Positions 25,951 through 38,035 of a stretch of DNA of 64,000 nt are shown in pieces. Under the pieces are notes generated by a model that made no database searches, was not told the origin of the DNA, and saw nothing but the letters and a program-made list of their open reading frames with translations. The stretch is from Eledone cirrhosa. Lineage: Eukaryota. Both the position numbers and the translations under genes were made by a program. The DNA lies in the NCBI GenBank assembly GCA_964016885.1, contig OZ024745.1:33914001-33978000 (forward strand). Reading direction: 5' to 3'. Within the stretch, counting starts at the first letter, position 1. The number at the start of each line of letters is the position of its first letter.

Positions 25951-26192
25951 TTTTCTTTATTAACCACAAGGGTTCACATAAAGTAGACATTAAGGACAGT
26001 ACAGGACAATACAGGACGGTACAAATGGGCATTTCTGCGTGTAAAAAAACAGAGGTTGAAATAAAATAACAAAGAAAAATTCCCCAATAGGGGGGAGACT
26101 TCCGAGGGACATTTGTGGAGAAAGCCCATTAAAAGACCACAGTGGCCCTGACCACCAGGGCAAGTGCCCTCTCCCAGTTTTCCACCTTTAAT

Positions 26193-29100
26193 TTACAGAC
26201 ACATACTCAGAGAAGGCCCATTCATTCGGGCCATACTTGCTTCTCTCACCCATCTTTCAACAAAATGCTGGGAAGAGAGCACTTCCCTCTCTACCCTGAT
26301 TTTCCTTTTCAAATGAAATTTGAAAAAGTTAATCAGGGCATCACCGAAGAGGTAAGTGCTCGTCTTCAGCCCTTTCAAACGTGTCCACCATACTATCTCT
26401 TTCGCCATGGCCACCAGACAGATAAAAACTGCCTGCCCTTCCAGGCTAAAGGAAGGGGGCGGGGCAATCCTCACGATGGACTCAGCTGATAGCTGGATCC
26501 GTCCTACACGTGACAGCAGGTGTTCGACATAAACCCACAAGTCATCAATGCTCGGACACTGGACGAGTGCGTGCAGGACGGTTTCGTCGCCCTGTGCGCA
26601 TCTCGTACATGCCCGGCTGACGGCACCTCCATGCCTGTAAAGTTTATCCCGAACTGGCAAAGCACCACGGTAGCACTGCCAGGCCAGGGATTTCTGGAAG
26701 TTGTCCATAGGCCCCGGCCCGAAAGTCCTTCCGAAGAGATTGGCTAGTTGATTTTCGTCGACGCCTAGAGTTTCTCCAAGTACGTCGTCGCTCTTCCCCT
26801 CCACTAATCCCCTATAGAACGCCAAGGTGGAGTTTCCACCGATCACATTGCCCGATTGGTCGAGGGCTGTGAGCGCCTGAAGACATTCCAGTCTCCAAGC
26901 GCTCCCTCTCGGTCTTCGCTTGACCCAGGACTGCAGCTCCGTCAAGGAGACGAGCTGGGGAAAAACGTGTCTAGCAAACGGCGACCACACCTGATCACCG
27001 TCGAGGAAGAGGTGGAGATGTCGTAGCCTGAGCGCGTGTCTGCGCATCATCAGCCACGGCATGCCCAGCCCTCCACGTAGCTGGTGTTGACAGCAGATGG
27101 ACCGCCTGACCGTCGGAGCGCGTCCCTTCCACAAGAAGCGAAAGAGCAAACGCTCCAGCGCAGTCAGGCGGGGCTTAGGACAAGGTACGACGGTCAGGCG
27201 GTAGTAGATGACGGACGTGATGTACGCGTTAGCCACATTCGCTCGACCTTTCAGGGATAGCTTCCTCTCGGCCCATTTCTGGGTGAGAGAAGCCACCCTG
27301 CTCGTCACCTCGTCCCAGTTTTTGTCCGTCTGGAGGTCTGGACCGAACCAGACCCCTAGCAATTTAACCGGTCCGTCCGTCCAGCGCCCGACGACGCTGT
27401 TGGACGGCATGGACCTGCCTCTCCAGGTGCCGAGCTGCAGGCCCACTGACTTTTCCTGGTTGATCATTGCTCCTGTCACCGCTTCGTATTCTCTTAGTGT
27501 AGTGCCGATCGCCTCGATGTGTTTGGCGTTCGACACCACTACGGTGACATCGTCGGCATATGCTGACACGGATCTTCCGCATCCTAGTTCGCGCGGGACC
27601 CCCCTCAACGTCTCCAGTTTGTGCAGTAATGGCTCGAGAGTCAATACGTACAATAGGGACGAGAGGGGACATCCTTGGCGGACCGAGCGCATGATGTTGA
27701 ACGGTTCCGAAAGGTGACCGTTCACTCTCACTACAGAGCAGATGTCGCTGTGCATGGCAGCGATCCAGCCTCTGAAGACGGGCCCAAAGCCAGCCGCCCT
27801 CAGGACTGCCGCTAGGTAACGATGGTCGACCCTATCGAAGGCTTTCAACTGATCTAAATTGATCAAAGACCCACCCGTGCCAGGTTCCCTAGCTACCCTC
27901 TCTACGATGTATCGCATGAGGTGGAGGTTGTCGTGAATGGATCTGTCGGGAGTGGCGCATGTCTGTGCCTCTCCCACCAGACCACCAGCGACAAGCGCCA
28001 ACCTCTTTGCTAGCACCTTGGCCAAAATCTTGAACTCTGTGTTTAGCAGAGTTATGGGCCTAAAATTATCTATGTTATCCCCCTTGTTCGGATCCTTTCT
28101 CAGCAGCGCCACCGCTCCTCGGCTCACAGAGCTGGGAATTCTCCCGTTCTGTTGCCAGTTGCAGTAGACGTCCGCCAAGAGGCCTCCGAACAAGTTTGGC
28201 ATTTGTACGTAAAGTTCATAGGGCAGACCATCCAAACCAGGCGATTTACCCCTTGTGCAACTAGTCATTGCATCCCGTACTTCAGCGGTTGTTATCGGCT
28301 TTTCGCAACACTCCGCCTCAGTGGCCGAAAGCCGCGGCAGTCCGTCGAGGTAGACACTAAAGTCCATCCCTCGATCCGGCCCGCCACTGCCCCCGAACAG
28401 TTGAGCGAAGTGTCGCTGAAAAGCTTCACACATTTGCCCGGGATCGAGTAGCATGCGCCCGTCGTGGTCCACCAAAGACCGGATCGTGGCTTTGTTACCA
28501 CGACGCGCCTCCGCCACTCGGGCCCATTGAACGGCTTTCGTCCCCTCGTGTCTGAGAGCACGCACCCTAGCTCTGACAACGCAGCCTTCGTGCTTTGCAT
28601 TGAAGAATTGGTCAAGGGCCAATTTCACCGCAAGTACGTCGGTCGCGATGCCTTTGCTAAGCGCCTCATCTAATTTTCTAACTAATTCTCCCTCTGCTCT
28701 ATTTTTCTCTATTGCTAAAGTCTTACTAAACCTAATGGACTCTATTCTAATTGCTCTTTTCAGAGCAAACCATCACTTGTTGTTGACGATTGCCCCCGTC
28801 AACGCCCGCTTAACTAGTTCGCTAATCCGGTCTCTGTAGGCCTTGCGCGCTGGTAAGGACGCGTTTAGCTTCCAGTAGCCGGGTCCTCGTCTATGAAGCC
28901 AATCTAAGTCAAGCATACAGATCACGAATTTGTGGTCCGTGTAGCTGACTATCTTGAATTGTGGACAGCCTATGCTAGACCTATCTATTTCCCTACAAAA
29001 TACTCTATCTAGATATGATCTGGATGACCCTATGCGATTTGTCCAAGTCCACATTGGTACATTCGGGAAATCCATTCGGTACCTGTCAGACAGTTCAAAA

Positions 29101-29612
29101 CGTCTGAGCAGGTTGGTGAGACTCTTGCACCCTCCTTCCCTATCCACTAATCCCACACAATTCCAGCGTGCATCTAAGATCCTGTTCCAGTCGCCCACTA
29201 ACACTAAAGAGCGGGACGTTCCAAGAAAGGTCTCCAGACGCCGGAAGAAATCAGGCCGCCCTGCTCCTGTCGGGGCATAGACGGCCACTAACCTGAAAGC
29301 TTGGCCGTCTTCGCTGGTCACGTCCAGCACCACCAACTTACCTTCTGGGTCCAGGAAGATGGCCCGTATGGCAAGATCCAAACCTCTCCGAAAAAGCACA
29401 GCAACTCCTCCCCCCGATCCCGGACGGCTGGGAGATGCGTACACATCGTAGCCGCCGAAGATCGGTGCGAAAGCCTGTGCTTCGGAGATTCTGGTCTCGC
29501 TGATGGCCACTACATCTATGTTTAGTGACCTGAGGTCGTTGAGCAGGTGGCCCTGCTTCCATGACGACCCCAAGCCACGCGCATTTATGCTGCCTATTCT
29601 GAGTGAGGTCAT
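26193..29612 (-). pseudogene. Tx1-like ORF2: APE endonuclease, RT and C-terminal CCHC; one in-frame stop
   Basis: SINARGL, AISETR, VGDWN, SYLDR, YTDH (APE); PGLDG, NFRPITLLN, KAFDRVDH, VRQGCPLS, AYADD (RT); CTRC..ETVLHALVQC. ORFs 28773-29612 and 26193-28628 are in the same frame, split by TGA at 28773-28775. Confidence 0.93.
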
Positions 29613-29646
29613 GTTGAAAAGGAGTGGAAAAGATGGGAAAGACCAC

Positions 29647-31625
29647 TTACCTTACTTCTCGTAGGGGAAGGACGGTTTTTCCATCCTTTTCACTGCTTGT
29701 GGCCTCCTCAGGAAGCATGTCCTTATAAATCCTCCTGGAGAGTGCTTGTCGGAAGTCTCCGATGTCTTTGGGGAATTTTTGCTTTAGTGTCATGTACGTT
29801 TTCTGTGTGATGCGAGTGATTTGTATGTGTGGAGGTGGTGTGAATTTTGGGGTTGTTGTGTAGTCTTTTTCTGTGATGCTGGTGTTGTGTTGGATGTAGT
29901 GTAATAATTGCTTGTTGTTCAAATTTAATGCTGTGTAGTGTGTATCGTTTTGGTTGTTTTGTTTTGTTTGCGTTTGTTGTGGGTTTGTTTCTGTTTCGCA
30001 TTTTGGTGACTTTTGTGGTGTAGGTGATGGTGGTGTTGGGGTTAATGATGGTGATGGTGTTGGTGTTTGGGTTGATGGGGTTGGTGATGCTGGTGTGGAT
30101 GGTGGCATATCTGTCCTAACTTTTTTGTTTCTTAATTTATTTGTTTCCCTCTGTATTTTGTTTTTGGAGGGGGAAGGAAGAGAATTTTTTCTTTTTTGGT
30201 TTCTTTTTTTTTCTCCGGATATCGTTTCCCACTCCTCGTCGTCACAGTCTGTCTCCAGTTGTGATAGGCCGGGGAGTGGAAAATCCTCCACAGCCGTTAG
30301 TTTTGGTTGTGGCGTGGTGGATGGTGTAGGCGCTGGTGCTAGTTCTGAAGCGTTGGTGTTGGTTTTGCTGGTGGTGGTGTTGGTTTTGCTATTGTTGCTG
30401 AGGTTGTTGCTGTTATAGTTGCTTCTGTTGTTGCTGCTACAGTTGTTGCTGCCATCTCTGCTACTGGTGGTGTTGATGGTTGTGTCACTGGGGTGGGTAG
30501 GAGAGGTGGCCTCAACCTTTTAGCCTGAGGGCAGAAAGCCCTTAGGTGGGTTCCTTCACCACAAACGACACACCTAGGTCTTCTGCCCTCGACAATTACC
30601 GTGAGGTGGCTGCCGTCAGTGAGGTCTATTACCTCTGGGATCTCCTCAATGCTTTTTTGGTCCGCTTGGATCAGGAGCTCCATCCCAGATCCGGACCAGT
30701 TCTCCTGCTTTTCTTTTGCTATTGCTATTATTTTCGTGTTGGCTTCGATGCCGGCGAGGACAGCCGCTATTAGCCAGGGAATTTCGATGGCCGGTGGAAC
30801 GTGGGTCACCCTGATCTTTACGAGTCTCTGGCCACAATAGCTTGGGACGAGTGTGAAGTCGTCACTTCTTAATGGGGCCATGGAGTGTTCTCTAGCCTCC
30901 TCTGGTGTTTCAAATAACACGTCCACGGTTCCATACTTTTGCCCACATCTGATGTGGGTTTTTCTTGCCCACACATGTCCCAAAGCTTTTTGGATTTGGG
31001 ACTCGGATGCCCGTTCCACTCGACGCGATTTTACATTTATTGTTCTATACGACACGGTGCATAGGCGCCGATGCTCCATTTTATTAGGTGGGTGTGCGGC
31101 TGACCCTGTACCCATCTTTCTTTACCATTTGTTTGGCATTTTCTAAATCCTCCTGAGTTACCGTAAATGCTTCGAACTGTTTTGCTACTATTGCAAAACT
31201 GAGGGGCGTTTTTATAATGTCATTGTTGTTGTTGTTGCTATCGTTATTTGTGTTAATATTAATTTTAGTTTCAGTTGTGGTGTGGTGGTGGTGACGTCAG
31301 TCGTCTTTGGTGGGGAAGAGTCCATTTTGCTTGATTTCATTTCGACATCACGAGTTAATTTATTTTTTTCTTCTTTTGTTTCTGTTGTCGCGGTGGTGGT
31401 GGTGGTGGTGGTTGTCGCGGTGGTGGTGGTGGAGGCTTTAACACCTGCAGTCATTGGTAATGGCGGGAAATGAATGTCTGCCTGAGACAAATTTAAAATA
31501 TTGCTACTGCTTATATTTTTTTTTGTGTTGGCAAACGTAGTAACATTTACAATGGTGGTGTCGGCGTGAGGTGTTAATTTGTGAGGAAGGCTTTCAGCTG
31601 CTTCGTGCAGAGGTGAATTAGCCAT
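29647..31625 (-). pseudogene. Tx1-like ORF1 (zinc knuckle), frameshifted
   Basis: Pieces 31212-31634, 30339-31115 (CVVCGEGTHLRAFC = CX2CX4HX4C) and 29647-30291; P/T-rich linkers. Confidence 0.8.
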
Positions 31626-31856
31626 TTTTTTCAAAGAAATTTTTTTGATAATAATGAAAGTTTAAATTTTGGGCACAAGGCCCCAATCTTTTTGGGTGTC
31701 CTTTTCGGAAAACAATGTATGTGCGCTTATAAACAGTTAACAATAAAATTTTCCATAAATGACAATTTTTAACAAACGGAAATAACAAACCTTTGCGGAG
31801 CTCACGATGATACGATTTACTACGTAGGTCGCCAATAATAATAATAATAATAATAA

Positions 31857-34201
31857 GAGTCTCATGAGCTGTTAGCCCAACTTTACAATGAAATAGTTAA
31901 GGAGCCAGAAAAGATACCATCATGGCTAGTTAACGGCATTACATTCCTGCTTCCGAAGAATGATGAGACAAACAATCCCCAAAATTACAGACCGATAACT
32001 TGCTTGGCCACAATGTATAAAATTTTAACATCAGTCCTAGCTGAATACACATATGACCACCTGATAACAAATGACCTATTTCCCATTGAGCAGAAAGGGT
32101 GTAAACGAGGCTCATATGGCTGTAAGGATCAGCTTTTGGTTAACAAAATGATACTGGAAGATTGTCATAATAGACACAAAAATCTATCGATTGCTTGGAT
32201 AGATTATAAAAAAGCATTCGATAGTTTGCCACACAGTTGGATTGAAAAATGTTTAGAGATTTTCAAAATATCCCCCGTTGTCAGGAGGTTTTTGTCATTC
32301 AGTATGAAGACATGGAAAACGACACTCCTTTTGAATAGTGAAACAAAATCACTGGAAGCTGGAGAAGTTAATATTAATTGTGGAATTTTTCAGGGTGACT
32401 CTTTATCACCGCTTTTATTCTGCATCGCACTTATACCATTAAGTAAAATGCTCAATAAAACAAAGCATGGATATAAAGTCTATGACAAAACCATTAATCA
32501 CTTATTCTACATGGATGACCTGAAACTATTTGCAAAAAATGACGAACAATTGCAAGGGCTATTATCCACTGTGGAGCAGTTCAGTGATGACATTAAAATG
32601 GAGTTTGGACTAGATAAATGCGCCAAAGCAACGTTCACCAGAGGAAAGCTGCTGAAGAGTTCAGACATTAATCTTGATCGGGGGAACGTGATAAGAGAAC
32701 TTGATCAAGAAAAAACTTACAAATATCTAGGTGTTTGTGAAGGAGACGGAATCAAGCACTCGACAATGAGGGAAAGGATAAGGAAGGAATGTTACCGCAG
32801 AGTAAGAGCAATCTTAAGAACGGAATTGAATGCAAGGAATAGGATCGATGCCATAAACACGCTTGCCATACCAGTAGTAACCTACAGTTACAATGTCATC
32901 AACTGGTCAAGCACAGAGATCCGTAGGCTCGATACAAAAATTCGAAAATTCTTAACCACGCACAGAATGCATCACCCTAAGGCAGATATAGATAGAATAT
33001 ATCTCCCTAGAAAAGAAGGAGGACGTGGGTTAATCCAGTTAGACATTGCGTTGAAAACTGCAACAATTGGATTATCTACATATCTAAGGGAATCAGATGA
33101 TTGGATGATCAAACTCGTTTTGAAACACGAAAGCATCAAAAGATCATATTCCATTACAAAAGATGCACAAAGATACAGTAATGGACTACAAATTTCAGAA
33201 GTTCCATTTACTGCTGAAATGGAAAACACAGAAAAAGCAAAGCAGGTAAAAGTAACTGCAAAGAAAGAACTGCTACAGAAACTGGCTAAGAAATGGCAAG
33301 AAAAGCCTCTGTATGGAAAATACCCAGAGCGAGCTAACAATCCTGATGTTGACAAAACTTTAACCCATCAGTGGTTGGCATCCTCTGGACTGAAATCGGA
33401 GACTGAAGGACTGATTATATCAGCACAAGATCAGTGTCTGCCAACGACAAATTACCAAGCCAACATAATAAAAAATGGATGCAGCCCATTATGCCGTGTA
33501 TGCAAAAAACAACCAGAGACCATTGACCATATAATTTCAATGTGCAGTCCTATAGCTCCAACCGAATACCTAAACAGGTATGACAGAGCTGCACAATACA
33601 TACATTGGATACTGTGTAAGCATTTTGACCTGCCCCATCAAAAGAATTGGTGGGAGCATCAACCACCTCCCATACTTGAAAAAGATCACATCTCAATCTT
33701 GTGGAACTTTAGCATCCAAACAGACCGAAAAATAGATGCAAATAGACCTGATATAATATTGAAGGACTTTAAAAAGAGGGTATGCCTGCTAATTGATATG
33801 TCTGTTCCAATAGACAAGAATGTATCTATAAAAACATTTGAAAAATTGAGCAAGTATAAGGACCTGGAGATAGAAATTGGAAAAATGTGGAAATTGAGAA
33901 CTAAAACAATACCAGTGGTTGTAGGCGCTCTGGGAATGATACCTAAGGGGTCTAATGATTACTTATCGCAAATCCCAGGAAACCCGCGTATAGGAGAAAT
34001 ACAAAAGATAGTACTAATGGGAACTGCCCATATACTAAGGAAGATTCTGTCAATATAAGTACATCACAAGTCTAAACACTAAAGATGCATGTGTGAGTAT
34101 GTATGTTCTTTCTTGAACATGGCGGACCTTGTTGTCTCTTGAGGTCACTGGTTGTGACTTGGTGATAACTCCTATGAACATAAAGCAAGATAAATACAAC
34201 T

Positions 34202-34202
<1 letters not shown>
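31857..34202 (+). mobile_element. R4/Dong-like RLE non-LTR retrotransposon, family A, 5'-truncated, ORF open 31857-34058
   Basis: [65 protein letters not shown] (restriction-like endonuclease); (TAA)n tail. Confidence 0.92.
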
Positions 34203-34260
<58 letters not shown>

Positions 34261-34261
<1 letters not shown>

Positions 34262-36184
34262 GAAAGGATGCCGAAAGAAGTCACGTGGTACAAAGGACCA
34301 GTTGCTTATTGATAAGATGGTAATGGGGAATTGCAGGAGGAGACACACTGATCTTGCCATGGGATGGATAGACTACAGAAAGGCATTTGACATGGTGCCT
34401 CATTCCAGGATCACCAAAAGCCTGGAGATCTTCAGGGTGGCAGATAACACCAGACAGTTGCTAGGCAGGAGTATGGGGTCCTGGGAGACAGAGTTGACAT
34501 CAACTGGAGTATCCTTGGGAAGCGTGAAGATCAAGAGAGGTATCTTCCAGGGAGATAGCCTGTCCCCTCTGTTGTTTGTCCTTGCCCTGATGCCCTTGAC
34601 CATTATGCTGCGAAAAGTGAGAGCAGGATACAAGTTGGGAAGGGGAGAGCTTACCATCAATCACCTCCTCTTCATGGACGATCTTAAGCTCTTCGGGAAA
34701 AGTGAGAAGGAGTTGGATGTGCTTGTTGACACTGTCCGTATTTTCAGCAGTGATATATGTATGCAGTTTGGTATTGGTAAATGTGGAGTCATTGTGATGA
34801 AGAGGGGTAGGTTGAGCAGAAGTAACGGGATCCAGATACCAACAGGTGAGATGATAAAGGAAATTGACTCTGAGGAAGGATACAAGTATTTGGGCGTTCT
34901 GGAGGCTGATGGCATAAAGAACAAAAAAATGAAGGAATTGTTAAGAACTGAATACATTCGGAGAGTAAGGAGCGTATTGAAGTCACATCTGAACAGCAGA
35001 AATGCCATAAGCGCAGTAAATTCCCGAGCTGTGTCTATTATTAGGTACAATGCGGGAATTCTGAGATGGAATGTTGCTGAACAGAAAGAAATGGATAGGA
35101 AGACTAGGAAGCTATTGACTATCTACAACATGTTCCACAAGAGGAGTGATGTCGATAGACTCTACCTAAGGAGATCTGAGGGTGGAAGAGGTCTTATCAG
35201 CATAGAGGACTGTGTTCAGATGGAGAAAAACAACCTATACAAATACGTGACCTATAGTAAGGAGCCAATGCTCAGAACTGTACTGAAGGAGGGGACAGTA
35301 GGCCAGGGGATGTCCAGGGAGGAAATAACATCAAGGAGGAAGAGCAGCCTTAAGGGAAAACCCCTTCATAGTACCTTCTTTGAGAAAACTGAATTTAGAG
35401 ATCCACAGACATGGAACTGGTTGAGAAGAGGAGACCTCAAAAAGGCGACAGAAGGAATGCTAATGGCTGCGCAGGAGCAGGCCCTCAAAACGAAGTGGTT
35501 GAAGCACCATATCTACAAGGAGGAGGCTAGCCCACTGTGCAGGATCTGTGGAGAGAGAGAGGAGACTGTGGCTCACATTGTGTCCGAGTGTAAACACCTA
35601 GCCCAGACCCACTATAAGGGCTGGAGACACGATATGATGGGCAGGGTGATCCACTGGCACCTGTGCAAAGTAAACAATCTACCACATTCTGAGAAATGGT
35701 ATGAGCATAGGCCAGAGGCGGTGATGGAGAACAATCAGGTGAAGGTGCTGTGGGATTTTAGGATACAGACGGACAAAAAACTGGAACACAATAGACCTGA
35801 CCTGGTGGTTGTGGACAAAGAAAAAAGATCGTGCCTGATTGTGGATGTGGCCTGCCCGTTCGACACGAGAGTGCAAGAGAAGGAGAGGGAGAAAATTAAC
35901 CGATACCAGGACCTAAAGTGGGAGGTGAAAAGGATTTGGAACTGCCATGAAGTCAAAGTGATCCCGATTGTCATAGGCGCACTGGGGACTATCTCCAAAA
36001 GTTTCCAGGGATGGTTAAAGAAAATCGGCCCCTTCACGCTTTTTGGAACACTTCAAAAGGCATGCTTGCTTGGAACAGCAAGAACCCTCCGATACGTCCT
36101 GAATATCTGAGGTTGCAGGTAGTGGCTTGATATTCAATCCAACGGACTTTCCAGTTAACCAACATCAATGACTGAGATTCAAGG
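34261..36184 (+). mobile_element. R4/Dong-like element, family B copy 1, 5'-truncated, ORF open to 36110
   Basis: [65 protein letters not shown]; 74-bp 3' UTR and (AAT)n tail. Confidence 0.92.
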
Positions 36185-36213
36185 AATAACAATAATAATA
36201 ATAATAATAATAA

Positions 36214-36305
36214 TACGTCCTGAATATCTGAGGCTGCAGGTAGTGGCTTGATATTCATTCCAACGGACTTTCCAGTTAACCAACATCAATGACTGAGATT
36301 CAAGG
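36214..36305 (+). mobile_element. R4/Dong-like family B copy 2 (92-bp 3' end only)
   Basis: Near-identical to 36093-36184; flanked by (AAT/AAC)n. Confidence 0.88.
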
Positions 36306-36345
36306 AATAACAACAATAATAATAATAACAATAATAATAATAATA

Positions 36346-37677
36346 ATAAAGGAAATTGACACTGAAGAAGGATACAAGTATTTGGGTGTTCTGGAGGCTG
36401 ATGACATCAAGAACAAAAAAAATGAAGGAATTGATAAGATCTGAATACATTCGGAGAGTAAGGAGCGTATTAAAGTCACATCTGAACAGTAGGAATGCCA
36501 TAAGTGCAGTAAATTCCCGATCTGTGTCTATTATTAGGTACAGTGCGGGAATTCTGAAATGGAATGTTGCTGAACAAAGAGAAATGGATAGGAAGACTAG
36601 GAAGCTATTGACTATCTACAACATGTTCCACAAGAGGAGTGATGTCGATAGACTCTACTTAAGGATATCTGAAGGTGGAAGAGGTCTTATCAGCATAGAA
36701 GACTGTGTTCAGATGGAGAAAAACAACCTACACAAATACGTGACTGATAGTAAGGAGCCAATGCTCAGAATTGTACTGAAGGAGAGGACAATAGACCAGG
36801 GGATGTCCAAGGAGGAAATAACATCAAGGAGAAAGAGCAACCTTCATGAAAAATCCCTTATTAGTACCTTCTTTGAGAAAACTGAATTTTGAGATCCACA
36901 GACATGGAACTGGTTGAAAAGAGGAGACCTTAAAAAGGCTACAGAAGGAATGCTAATGGCTGCGCAAGAGCAGGCCCCCAAAACGAAGTGGGTGAAACAC
37001 CATATTTACAAGGAGGAGGCTAGCCCATTGTGCAGGATCTGTGGAGAGAGAGAGGAGACTGTGGCTCACATTGTGCCCGAGTGTAAACACCTAGCCCAGA
37101 CTCATTATAAAGGCTGGAGACATGATGTGATGGGCAGGGTGATCCACTGGCACCTATGCAAAGTAAACAATTTACCACATTCTGAGAAGTGGTATGAGAA
37201 TAAGCCAGAGTCGGTGATAGAAAACGATCAGGTGAAGGTGCTGTGGGATTTTAGGATACAGACGGACAAGAAACTGGAACACAATAGACCTGACCAGGTG
37301 GTTTTGGACAAGGAAAAAAGATCGTGCCTGATTGTGGATGTGGCCTGCCCATTCGACACGAGAGTGCAAGAGAAGGAGAGGGAGAAAAATTAACCGATAC
37401 CAGGACTTAAAGTGGAGGTAAAAAGGATTTTGAACTGCCATGAAATCAAAGTGGTCCCGATTGTCATAGGCGAACTAGGTACTATCCCAAAGAGTTTCCA
37501 AGGATGGTTAAAGAAAATTAGTCCAGCCCCGCTTTTTGGAACACTTCAAAAGGCATGCTTGCTGGGAACAGCAAGAACCTTCCGATAGGTTCTGAATATC
37601 TGAGGCTGCAGGTAGTGGCTTGATGTTCATTTCAACAAACTTTCCAGTTAAATAACATCAATGACTGAGACTCAAAG
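36346..37677 (+). mobile_element. R4/Dong-like family B copy 3, 5'-truncated and degenerate
   Basis: Collinear with 34853-36184; has frameshifts and stops (ORFs 36356-36892, 36914-37393). Confidence 0.9.
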
Positions 37678-37694
37678 AACAATAATAATAATAA

Positions 37695-38035
37695 TTTCTT
37701 TCATTGACCACAAGGGTTTAAAACAATAGAGACAGGCTAGAAATATCAATAGTTGGATGAAAATGTTGGATGCAGATGTGAATACATATCCTAATTCTAC
37801 TACAGAAGAAAGCTTGTTTATTTGAAATGGGAAGAACCATAAGGTAGGTGCTAGACAAATCACATGCTTCCTCTCTACCGAAACTCAGATCACATTCTTC
37901 CCCCTGCAATACCAGGTTTCCATCCTTTTTTAATTTCATTTAGTAATTGCTCACCAAGTACTATAATAACCTCAGCAAGCCTTCCAAACCTCAATAATTG
38001 TATAATCATAAACTGGATTAACTTTGAAGCGGCAA
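37695..38035 (-). mobile_element. Probable 3' end of a second, divergent Tx1-like element
   Basis: (AAT)n-ttctttcattgaccacaagggtt mirrors (AAT)n-gttttctttattaaccacaagggtt at 25950. Extent uncertain. Confidence 0.5.

Larger units (their letters stand above)
25950..31833 (-). mobile_element. Full-length Tx1-like (L1 superfamily) non-LTR retrotransposon in (AAT)n
   Basis: 5.9 kb with ORF1 and ORF2; AATAAA about 6 nt from the 3' end; (AAT)n on both sides (25914-25949, 31834-31856). Confidence 0.92.

Noticed and set aside
27208-28839. Antisense ORFs within the Tx1 ORF2 (also within Dong and Helitron ORFs)
   Set aside because: Shadow frames of real coding sequence with no independent motifs.
36093-36346. 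Repeat-spacer pattern resembling a CRISPR array
   Set aside because: Repeats are LINE 3' ends and spacers are (AAT)n; eukaryotic context with no cas genes.
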